Assembly (NCBI GenBank): GCA_001600695.1
Contig: BCKQ01000006.1
Location: 946,862-987,405, forward strand
Source of the DNA: Ascoidea asiatica JCM 7603
Taxonomy: Eukaryota > Fungi > Ascomycota
Direction of reading: 5' to 3'
DNA: 40,544 nucleotides
In this document: positions 30,696 through 40,544 of the stretch, piece by piece
Numbering within the stretch: position 1 is the first letter of the stretch
How the letters are laid out: the number at the start of each line of letters is the position of its first letter
Notes under the pieces: model-generated
Told to the model about the DNA's origin: nothing
What the model saw: the letters and a program-made list of their open reading frames with translations, nothing else
Databases searched by the model: none
Program-made: the position numbers and the translations under genes

Positions 30696-32126
30696 ATGAA
30701 CTCTTATGAGCCAAAAGATCAAAATGTTGCTATTATTGGTGCTGGCCTCGTTGGTTGTTTAGCAGCTTTGCAATTTTCAAAACTTGGTTATTATGTGACT
30801 TTATTTGAATTAAGGGATGATCCTCGTTTGAAAGAAACTTCTGATAAAAACTTAAGATCTATTAATATGGCTGTTTCTGAACGTGGAATAAAAGCTTTAA
30901 ATTATGTTGATCTTGAAATGTCTTTAAGAGTTTTATCTAAAATTACTCCTATGAAAGGTAGAATGGTTCATGATATGTATGGAAATCAAAAAAGTATACC
31001 CTATGGTTTAAAAAATGAAACTATAAATTCAATTGATAGATCTTTTTTAAATGTTGAATTATTAAATGAAATTGATTTGAATAATAATGTTCAAATTTTA
31101 TTTGGCTTAAAATTAGTTAAACTTGATTTTAATAAAAAAAATAATGATAATCCTATTGTTTATTTTCAATCAAATAAAAAAAAAGATGATGATAGATCTA
31201 ATCCTGTTCAATCTTATGAGTTTGATTTTGTAATTGGTTGTGATGGTGCTTATTCTGCAACTAGATTTCAATTACAAAAATTTATTAGAATGGATTTTTC
31301 TCAGAATTATATTGATAATGCTTATGTTGAATTAACAATTCCTTCTGGTAAAAAAAACTCTTTTAGATTAAATAAAAATCATTTACATGTTTGGCCAAGA
31401 CATGAATTTATGTTGATTGCAATGCCAAATAATGATGGTTCTTTTACTTCAACTTTTTTTGGTCCTTGGAAATTATTAAAATCTTTAAATAATGATGAAA
31501 AAGTTTTAGAATTTTTTAAACATTATTTTCCTGATGCAATTTCTTTAATTGGTCTTCAAAGATTATTATACGCTTTCAAATATAATCCAAGGGGTGCTTT
31601 GATTTGTACTTTTTGTAATCCTTATAATTATAAAGGTAAATGTATAATTGTTGGTGATGCAGCTCATTCAATGGTTCCTTTTTATAATCAAGGTATGAAT
31701 TGTGGATTCGAAGATATTAGTAAATTAGCTGATTTACTTAAAAAACATGATTTTGATACTCATAAAGCTTTTGATGAATATAGTAAAACTAGACATAAAG
31801 ATTTAGTAGCAATAATTAAATTAGCTAATGATCATTATAAAGAAATGACTCAAAAATTTACTTCAACACAATTTTTTATTAGAGAATTCTTTGATAATAT
31901 TATGCATCGAATACTAGGTGATAAATGGCTACCTTTATATACAATGGTCTCTTTTCGAAATGATATTTCATATTCTCAAGCTTTAAATAGAGGCCAATTT
32001 CAACATAATATAGTCACTGGTCTTCAAGTTGGAATATTCACTATTGGACTAGTTTTAGGTTATAAATCTGTTAAATCTGCTGTAAATACATTAACAAACT
32101 CATTAAAGGAGATATTATCAACATAA
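30696..32126 (+). CDS. BNA4: Kynurenine 3-monooxygenase-like FAD monooxygenase
   Basis: GAGLVG Rossmann motif, RSINMAVSERG, PMKGRMVH, GCDGAYSATR, HLHVWPR, GDAAHSMVPF, WLPLYTMVSFR and C-terminal membrane anchor. Confidence 0.9.
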   Translation: MNSYEPKDQNVAIIGAGLVGCLAALQFSKLGYYVTLFELRDDPRLKETSDKNLRSINMAVSERGIKALNYVDLEMSLRVLSKITPMKGRMVHDMYGNQKSIPYGLKNETINSIDRSFLNVELLNEIDLNNNVQILFGLKLVKLDFNKKNNDNPIVYFQSNKKKDDDRSNPVQSYEFDFVIGCDGAYSATRFQLQKFIRMDFSQNYIDNAYVELTIPSGKKNSFRLNKNHLHVWPRHEFMLIAMPNNDGSFTSTFFGPWKLLKSLNNDEKVLEFFKHYFPDAISLIGLQRLLYAFKYNPRGALICTFCNPYNYKGKCIIVGDAAHSMVPFYNQGMNCGFEDISKLADLLKKHDFDTHKAFDEYSKTRHKDLVAIIKLANDHYKEMTQKFTSTQFFIREFFDNIMHRILGDKWLPLYTMVSFRNDISYSQALNRGQFQHNIVTGLQVGIFTIGLVLGYKSVKSAVNTLTNSLKEILST

Positions 32127-33473
32127 TATATTTCAAAATTTTTCAGTACTATTTAAATTACTTTATATTTTTAACTTCTTTAATTGTCTACTATAAGATT
32201 GTTATTAAGTCCTTCTGTCTAGCTAATCCAATGTTAATATTCTTTATATATCTCGAATCTTATAAATAGTGAATATCAAACAGGATATATATTTTAAGAA
32301 AAATATCATTTCTTTTTTTTCTTAATAATAATTTTGTCAAATGAAAATTTGAGTATAATTACTTTTCAGAATCAATTAAAATCTGTTCCCTGATTGAAGC
32401 ATTCAAAAAATCATTGTACAATTTTAGCTTTATTGTTTTTTTTATTTTCTTGCTCTTTTTTTTTACTTTTATTTTCATTTTTTATTTGTTGTTTTTGTTT
32501 TTTGTTTTTTTATTTTTGACGTTAGAAATTAAACTTAAAATATTTAAATCTAAATAAAAAAAAAAACTTTATTAATCGGTAAAATAATTATGTAATGCCG
32601 ATTTTTGCCTTTTACATGTTTTCCCAACTCTGAACAAAAAAGTTTGAAGAATAAATAATTCCTATTAATTACAATGAAAAATCAGTTTTTGTATTATTAG
32701 AAATATGAAAAAGTCTAGAATAGTAAATCAAGGAAAGTTTAAAAAGCTTAGTTGAAATTTTCTACTTGAAAAATATTATTTTCTCAGTTTAAAATGTAGA
32801 TTCCATCGATAAAAACCGAAAGTTTTTTTGGAACAATTATTCATAAAAAAAAAAAATTTTAAAACATTTTGTGCTTTTTCATCATTTTAGCGAAAAAAAT
32901 AAGTTATTCTGAATTATTTAAAATACCACATTCTGCAATTTTCAGTATTTTTGTTATTATTGAACAACATTAGCGTTAAATAATATTAATTCTAAGTAAC
33001 ACTATGGTTATAATGGCATTCTATAATATTCTCATAAACATTTTCAGAATCCCTTTGAGCCAATTAGTAATCTATTCAAAGATATTGAAAGTAAATTTGG
33101 TTGAGAATTTTTATATTTTAGCTTACTGAATGTTCAATAAGTCCTTATACTGTTGAAAGGTACATGGTTCTGTTGAATGAAAGTTAACATGAAAAACATT
33201 TCTGACTTTATTGATTTTTTTTAGGGAAAATAATTAACCGAAATAATTTTCCATTAATTTTTCGCAAATTAAGAAAAAAACAAAATTCAAAAGAAAAAAA
33301 TCATAAATTATATGGAAGTTCTAATTCATGATGTCAAATGAGAACTGGAATCTATTATATTGTTCAAAACTCTAGTCAGGGGAAAAAAATTTTAAATTTT
33401 TGGGTGAGAAAAAGTTGTGTAAAATTTTGTTTGAGTTTTGATAGGTTTTGTCTCAAATTTAAAGAGACTAATG

Positions 33474-33501
33474 AAAATGAGAACCAACTTGTTCTCATTT
33501 T
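33474..33501. repeat. Perfect inverted repeat, 11-bp arms
   Basis: AAAATGAGAAC-CAACTT-GTTCTCATTTT. Confidence 0.85.
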
Positions 33502-36500
33502 GAACCATATGATGTGATAACTTTTGAATGTTTTTTTACTTCAAAATTACCTCAAATATTTTTAATGGAATGAATTCAGAGAGCAAAATGTTCCAAGTCG
33601 CTATTGCTTTTTAAAACTGTTGAAATAGTGGAAATCAAATATGCCTATCATTAACGTTTCTTAGAGTTTGAAAGGCCTCTTAAAAATATGAAAATCAAAA
33701 ACCGTTGCCAAAATTTGCATCACTTTATTTTGCTCATCTTTACATTCCAAAATAAGTAAATTAATTCAATGAGATTTCCTTGTTAGTAACAACTTTGATT
33801 TATAAACTTTTGATAATTATAGATAGTTATTTATCAGGTGTTACATAACTAATGGAGTTAATTATAAATTTTGATAGACATTTTACACAACTATCGTACT
33901 TTTTATTATTTAACGATAGGGAATGAGGTCCATAAATACTTAATTAATTCTGCGGTTCATTGACCCACTTTTTTTTTGCCATTCACTAGAAATAAATATT
34001 ATTCAAACGTTGAAAATCAAATTAATTTAACAAATAAAAATTATCTTAGTCAAAAAATCGCACCATTTTCTTTCTAGCTCGTTAAAAGCAGATTGAATTA
34101 ATTATTGAAATTTTTAATTATATTTTTGTTTGGAAACAAATAAATACGAACAGTATAAAACAAAGCTTTCATACATATTTTTTTTGTTTATTTCTTGAAG
34201 TGGTGCAATAATCAGGCATCAACCATACAAAAAACAAAATCAATTCAGCTCTTTTGAATGATTTTTTTTTTCAGCAAAAACATTTCTATTCAGAATATTC
34301 TTGCAAGTTTGTGATAACTACAGTACTAATACTGGATCTTAATAACTAATTGACTATTTCTGCATGTTTCAACAGTTAGGTTATAACCTTGCTCTAGTTT
34401 CTCACTTCTTAACATTGTTAAATTGATAAGTTTTCACTCAATCATGTTTATGAACCATTCTTTTCAACAAGTGCTACTATTATGAAAAATGATCAACATC
34501 TCAGAACGTTAGACCTAAGACACATGTACTATTAATGGAGTACAGTAGTTCGTTGACCAATTTTTCTGTCGATCAATAGAATAATGGAGCTGAGAGATTA
34601 TACCTATATCATTGATTCCACAAATCCATCTTCCATTGAAAGATTATAACATACTAAAATATGATCTTATAACATTTAACAGAAAGCTACTTGATTACAA
34701 GTAAGTGTTTTTAGGATAAGTGAATTACAAGAATCACACCACATCATTACAAATTCTCACTATGTTATACTAGAATCTGTCAACTATTTTTAAGTTCTTT
34801 ATCTTATGTTTGATTAAACTAAAACTTGTAGTAAATCTCCTGTACAGTAGTACATTAGGATAAGAGAAATAAATGAGTTATTTGAGGTAGCGTTAGTTCT
34901 GTTTTAAAAGTTATCTCCTTTACAACTTTCTTTCCAAATTACTAACAGTGCTGTACTATTAATACGTATTAATTGTCTATGGAAATTGAAATAACAGGTC
35001 AGCGATTATAATTATAACAATTGCCTTTGGTGAAACCTGATAAGTAATTAATTAGTTTTTAAATTGATTGAATTTAGTTTGTTAAGCTAATCGACATAGT
35101 TTAGTTTAGCCGTACAAAATTTGACCATAAGAGATTATACATAATAATGTTCTTGACTTCTACTAATTACTACAGTATCTTAACTATGTAGTATCACTAC
35201 CAAAGAATCTGATAAAACAAAATAAATACTTGAAAATAATGCTTTTTTCTCCAAAAGAGTTTTAAAGGACTTAGTTTGCATAATGACTTTAATAAGATAT
35301 GTTCTCAATCATTATAGATTTATATTTTAAATTTTCATTGGCTGGATAATGAAAACTGTTTCAAAAAATACTATAAATCAAAAGCAAGGAATTAAGATTG
35401 AAATTCTTTTATACAAGCCCTCAATAAACATTTGTCTCAAAATAGTTCAGTAAAGTTTAGATAAAACAACTTTTGGAGTAGTATGGTACACCAAAACAGA
35501 CGAACAACTAAATATTGTCGTACTAAGAAGTGAAAAAAATAAACGGGTTTTATCAAATAATTACTAGAGTAACTTACATTAAAAATTAACCATTTGATCT
35601 GTAAATACTTGTAGTTAACAACGCTGTAAATTTTTAAGAGAATCTGTTGGAAATAATTCAAAGAAAAGTATACAGGTGTCACTTGACACCTTCAAAATTT
35701 CTTGCCACAAAGAATTCTGATTTAAAACAGCTTGATGTAATTGCAAAAGAAATTTTTTCAGAATTATTTTATAATTGTGAAAGAATGAAACCCTTTTGAA
35801 TTTTAACAATAAAAAGGATTTTATCTATTTTATAAATTGTTTGTTGATTGCAAAACGTAGTCAAATATACAAGTATTCGATAAATATAATCTCAAGTTAC
35901 AAACTTGAAATTTTTTTTAGTGGTTTAGTGCACCATACTACTTAATTTTTATAATTTCGAAGATTACCTGTCGTTGGTGAAACAAAAAACAATCTAAGAA
36001 AAGTGTATTTCTCTTTTAAACCTTTGAATCATTGTTAAAGTGCCTGATATGGGAAAGAGCTAAAATTACATTCCGGAAATAGTGGATGAGAGTTGAACAG
36101 CAATTGTTGAATAGTAAGTACTGTTACTTGTATCTAATGAAAATAAATGCAATATTTTATTGATCCATTTCTAAGTGACATTCTTAACACAATCATGAAT
36201 ATTTATGGGAATATTATTTTTACTTTTAACAGATTTAAGTACCAAATTACCGTTATTTTTGATGAATAATGAGTTACTTGAAATATTTAACTCAATATTG
36301 GTTGCAACCCCTTCCAAAAGCAAAAGCCTGAAGCGGCGGTGAAAAGACAAAATACTCTTTTTCAGCTGCAAAGCATACAGTAAGGGCTGCCAATTGTACA
36401 TCTAACAACATTATACGCATAAATAAACCGCCTCAGGCATAATTACACAACGGCTCCCAGCGGTTCTGCGACCCGCGCAGTGCTATAAACTTTGCATTTT

Positions 36501-37861
36501 CAAAACGGTTCCGGCCCCCAATTCTCCGGAAAAGACAATTTTAATTTTCCAACTCCGCGCTCTAATTCAAACCTTTACGTAACAAGGAGTAATAGCTCAG
36601 GTACTTGACTCCAAAGCTAAAAATCAGAAATATTATAAACTTTAGCTATTTTTACTTGTTCAAACTATTTGTTTGCTGGGCACTTTTCTGAAGAAAAAAA
36701 TATATGAAGAAGGAGTTCAATAATGCCTAAATTATTTTATAAAAATTCAATCCCAGAAATAGATAGATATTGGGAAGAAAAACAAATATTTTCTTGGTAG
36801 TCCAATCATCAAAGAAAGACATATTGAATGTTGGAGTTTGGATTACCCTGATCACAGAAATATTTTTTAAATACGGGTCACCAACTAAAATAAAGTTATG
36901 CCTGGGCATGTTATAAAAAAGCAACTTTAGGTCTATAATTTTGCAATAAATTGAATAAGGAAAACTTTTACACCTTGAACCTTAACGTTAATTTGCCTAT
37001 GCATGAAAATACAGTCGTGTGCTAATTAGCCCAAACCTGAAAGTTTTAGCTTAAATTTAAATATTCTGAGTTTAGAATGCAGTTACTGCGGTATTCAAAC
37101 TTAGTTTTATTTTTCAAATAAAAACTTATTTATTCAAAAACATCATTAAAACCTTCCTATTTGAAATGTTTCTGAACGCATAATATGCCAAAAACGCCTT
37201 GATTCACAAGAAGTTTTAGCTATTTTAAATTTTTTTTTCTCCAACAAAAAAAATGTACCACCTGTACTGTAACAAATATACTAGAAATTGTGAGTCAAGT
37301 ATGCCCACCAATAATGAAATTCTACAAAATTTAATTTAAAACTTCTATAGCCTACAGTACTATACTTTTGTTAAGCTTTAAGAGTTTCTTGAATAATAAA
37401 TACAGCTAATACTACTATTAATTCAAATTACGTATTAAGCTATAGATAACTTTTCAAGTTTTCACCTTTTTTTTTTTTTTCTTTTGGGTTGTAATTAGAT
37501 TTGAATAAAAAAAATATAAATATCTGCAGTTATTTCATATTTTTTTTTTAAAATTTTGTACAAGACTATTTGATTTAAAATCTTGATTTCTTTTATCTTT
37601 TTTATTTTGTTTGGAATTTTATTTTCTTATATTCAGTCTTTTTTAATTCTTCTATTTTACCTCTAATATCATTTATTATTTTTTTTTATAAAAAATCAAA
37701 TATTGTACTATAAGTATTATATTATTGACTTCATGAAATTTTGTATTATATTTTCAATATTTTTATCATTAAATTTTAGAATAAATAAAACAATATAATT
37801 TTTATTTAGTAGTTTGATTATTTCAATAATTCAATATACTCATTCATCAAATTATCAAAAA

Positions 37862-38968
37862 ATGTCATACAATATGGTTCAATCTCAATTCACTCAACAA
37901 CAGCCTTTACAAAATCAATTTATGAGATCTCAAATTCAAATAAATTCAAATACTCAAAATTCTATTCAACAACATAATCAAAATCCCAATCATACATTAA
38001 TGCAACATAATCAACCACAATTCCAATCTCAAATTCAATTACAACAACCAATTTCACATTCACATTCTCAATCACTCTCTCAAGTTCAAATACCACATCA
38101 GTTACAACAACCTCAGGACTTGCATCAGCAACCTCAACAATTACAAAGGTCCTTCAATATTCCACATTCTCATTCATTTTCCCAAAATTATAACAATAAT
38201 CCTTTATCTTCTATGAATATATTACCAAAACCATCTTTTAATGCAAGTTCTATGAATGTAAATAATTTGAATGATATGAACAAGATGGTTCATATGAATA
38301 ACAACATGAGCAATTTTAACAGCAATAACAATAATAATATTAATAACAATACCATTAACAATAATAATAATATCAACAATGATAATATGAGTAACATTAA
38401 TATGGCCATGAACAATTTAAGTAGTATGAATCTTTCAAATTTAAATGGAATGAATAATATGGGGAATGTGAACATGGCAATAATAGAGAATGGTGCATTC
38501 AAAATTCCAGTTCAAGTACCACAATTGCCATCTTCAGCAAGGGCTACTCATCAACCTCAGGTTTTAAATTATTCTATTTATCAAGCAATGAAAAATGATT
38601 CTTCAATTCCTTTTGATAAAGTGAATAAACCAAAAAAAGGTTCATGCACTTGTGCTTATTGTGATGTTAAACAAAAGACATATTTAAGTCTTGCTTTACA
38701 TCATGATAACGAACATAGTAATGTTTATAAATATATATGCAATCATGAGGATTGTCCATATAAATATCTAGGTTTCAAAGATAAACAAGGGCTTGATAAA
38801 CATTTGAAAAATTTTCATAATTCACCTTTATATGCCTGTACTCTATGTAATAAAACTTTCAAAAGAAAAGATTTATTAAAAAGACATTTCAATGGTAGAA
38901 GACATCAAGATATTCATTTTGATTTAGTTATTCATAAAAAGAGCTCAATTAATTATATTCTTAATTGA
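37862..38968 (+). CDS. RME1: Rme1-like three-finger C2H2 transcription factor with Q/N/M-rich N-terminus
   Basis: CAYC...HHDNEH, CNHEDCPYKYLGF...LDKHLKNFH and CTLCNKTFKRKDLLKRH resemble the Rme1 fingers (CPWKILGF, KTFRRKD). The first ATG is 37862; the ORF track start is a TTG. Confidence 0.65.
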   Translation: MSYNMVQSQFTQQQPLQNQFMRSQIQINSNTQNSIQQHNQNPNHTLMQHNQPQFQSQIQLQQPISHSHSQSLSQVQIPHQLQQPQDLHQQPQQLQRSFNIPHSHSFSQNYNNNPLSSMNILPKPSFNASSMNVNNLNDMNKMVHMNNNMSNFNSNNNNNINNNTINNNNNINNDNMSNINMAMNNLSSMNLSNLNGMNNMGNVNMAIIENGAFKIPVQVPQLPSSARATHQPQVLNYSIYQAMKNDSSIPFDKVNKPKKGSCTCAYCDVKQKTYLSLALHHDNEHSNVYKYICNHEDCPYKYLGFKDKQGLDKHLKNFHNSPLYACTLCNKTFKRKDLLKRHFNGRRHQDIHFDLVIHKKSSINYILN

Positions 38969-40544
38969 GTGACAATTTTCTTTTTTTTCTTTTCAAACAA
39001 AATTTTACTAATATAAATAGTTCTCAAAAATTCTGCATCTTATATTTTCTTATTTATATTATATCTTAGATTTTTAAATTTTCATTTTGCAAAAGTTAAT
39101 TTTTTCTCGATTTTTTCAAAGGGTATTTATTTTTTTTCCTTTCATTTTTCAATTTTGTTTCATTTTTATCAATTTTTGTCTTCTAAAAAAAAAACCTATA
39201 ATATCTAGTATCTAATTATTTTTATCTTCGAATCTCAACTTCAATTTTTATTTTTATTTTTTATTACTTTTTTTTGTTTTACTCTGGAATAATAACTAAT
39301 GGCAAATTATTTTTCCAAGGAATAATTAACTCTGCAGAAAGGATAATAATCAGGAACGAAAAAAATTGCTAAATTTTTTTTTTCTTCTTTCTCTCTTATC
39401 ATTTAAATAGATGCTATCTACGATCGCCTTATACTATATAGTTTAATTGCACAGCATTCATTTTTGTTTAAGCATTTAGTAATTTATATATTAAAGTAAT
39501 ATATTTTTATCAATTTTTTCTCTTTTCTTAATCAAAATGTAATGCATTTTGAAGAAATTTATTATATTTCTGAAAGTATTGTAAACAACTTATATCATGA
39601 TTCTCCATAGAAAAGTTAACTGGATTCAGACTTAATTGAAAGATTATTTGCAACAGAAATTTCTGGAATAAAGGTTTTACTTCTGCCTTTTAAAGTACCT
39701 GTTACTTTAAAGGCTGCTTAAAACTTGGACTAATAGAGTCCCTCAAAGTGAAATTCATCTCAACATGACAATAAGTTTACTAGGTAAAAACTACAATAAT
39801 TTGGTTTTTGCAAGAAATAGATAATTAACTTCTTTTGTCTCCCTCCTTCTAATTCTTTTCCTTATTGAATTCCAGTAACTTTAACATTATTTACAGATGC
39901 AATCGGGTTTCCGCTGGCATTTTACGCAAAAAAGAAAGGATTGCGATTCGATGGCTGGATCGAAAGAGGATGAAGATGACGACTAACTCTATCGAAATAA
40001 CGACACACCTTTAAATTATTCTATAAATGAGAGATATAATTATAATGGATAAAACTTTATGTTTCCAGTTTGACATTAGATATGCATTTTTATTTGGACT
40101 GTCGGTGAAATACTTCGTTTCAATTCAAAAGACTGCTGCTGCTGCTCACAAAATCCCGAGAAAAAAACTCCTCAAAATACATATATTGAAAACTGTTGGG
40201 ATTCTTGAGACATAATGGAACAAATTAAGTTGCTTTAGTTCAAAAAATATTAGGGTTAATGAAAAATAATGTCCATATTATAAATAGATTGATAGTAAAA
40301 ATTATGTATTAATATATGTAAAATAGTAACTTTAAAACTCGATAATTTCAAAATTATATAAAATAAAAAACTTGTAGACAAACACAGACATATTTAAATG
40401 GTTTTGTGTACATAAAACAATTAATCTTTTTCATCACTTGAAATGTCAATTACTCTTAATTGTCTCTTTTTATTTTTAGTACCGCTATAGACACAGCGTA
40501 AATATTCAGAGCTATAACTAACATTATAACTCTCAAACAGCCAA

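Noticed and set aside
32606-32616. GCCTTTTAC resembling U5 snRNA loop 1
   Set aside because: No flanking stem or U5-like context
35485-35497. GTACACCAAAA as an Rme1 autoregulatory site; a1-alpha2 operator upstream of RME1-like
   Set aside because: Does not match GTACCWCAAAA exactly, and I saw no correctly spaced a1-alpha2 site
953-38502. Short ORFs overlapping real genes (953, 3898, 4315, 5210, 7173, 15275, 17082, 22308, 26014, 27016, 27746, 27750, 27988, 38290)
   Set aside because: Antisense or off-frame shadows of bona fide CDSs, produced by codon bias and low complexity; no recognisable motifs
3638-40215. Short intergenic ORFs (3638, 6211, 12734, 12765, 13220, 20107, 23171, 25521, 27500, 30237, 35437, 35615, 36171, 36727, 40027)
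   Set aside because: Mostly non-ATG starts, F/L/I-rich translations of T-tracts or promoter DNA; no domain signatures
1-40544. tRNA genes (including tRNA-CAG), CRISPR arrays, LTR retrotransposons, DNA transposases
   Set aside because: No cloverleaf or B-box, repeat-spacer array, paired LTRs or TE protein motifs were visible by eye; tRNAscan-SE and RepeatMasker would be needed to exclude degenerate copies

Overview
This is a very AT-rich budding-yeast (Saccharomycotina) nuclear region. Asn-rich insertions, rare CTG codons and short introns with degenerate splice signals suggest an Ascoidea-like species; this is inference and was not searched. I support 17 protein-coding genes: SMB1, VAM7, APM4, COP1, RSM18, YHM2, a Pex11/Pex25-family peroxin, BUL1-like, BRF1, CDC9, PET8, a small coiled-coil ORF, TIM44, a WBP4/FBP21-like U1-type zinc-finger gene, CWF19-like, BNA4-like and an RME1-like C2H2 factor. 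Three of them (RSM18, PET8, WBP4-like) are spliced and are truncated or missed by the ORF track. I found no tRNA, rRNA, CRISPR array or intact transposon, and no convincing new multi-gene system. The best leads are: (i) a Bna4/KMO with substitutions at two normally conserved active-site positions; (ii) a hidden spliced FBP21-like gene head-to-head with CWF19L2, two spliceosome factors lost in S. cerevisiae; (iii) a 5.7-kb gene-free stretch upstream of RME1-like, enriched in TACWGTA/TACAAGTA motifs; (iv) a perfect 26-bp-arm hairpin at 221-276; (v) hints of non-standard CUG decoding; (vi) His at the SNARE zero layer of Vam7.
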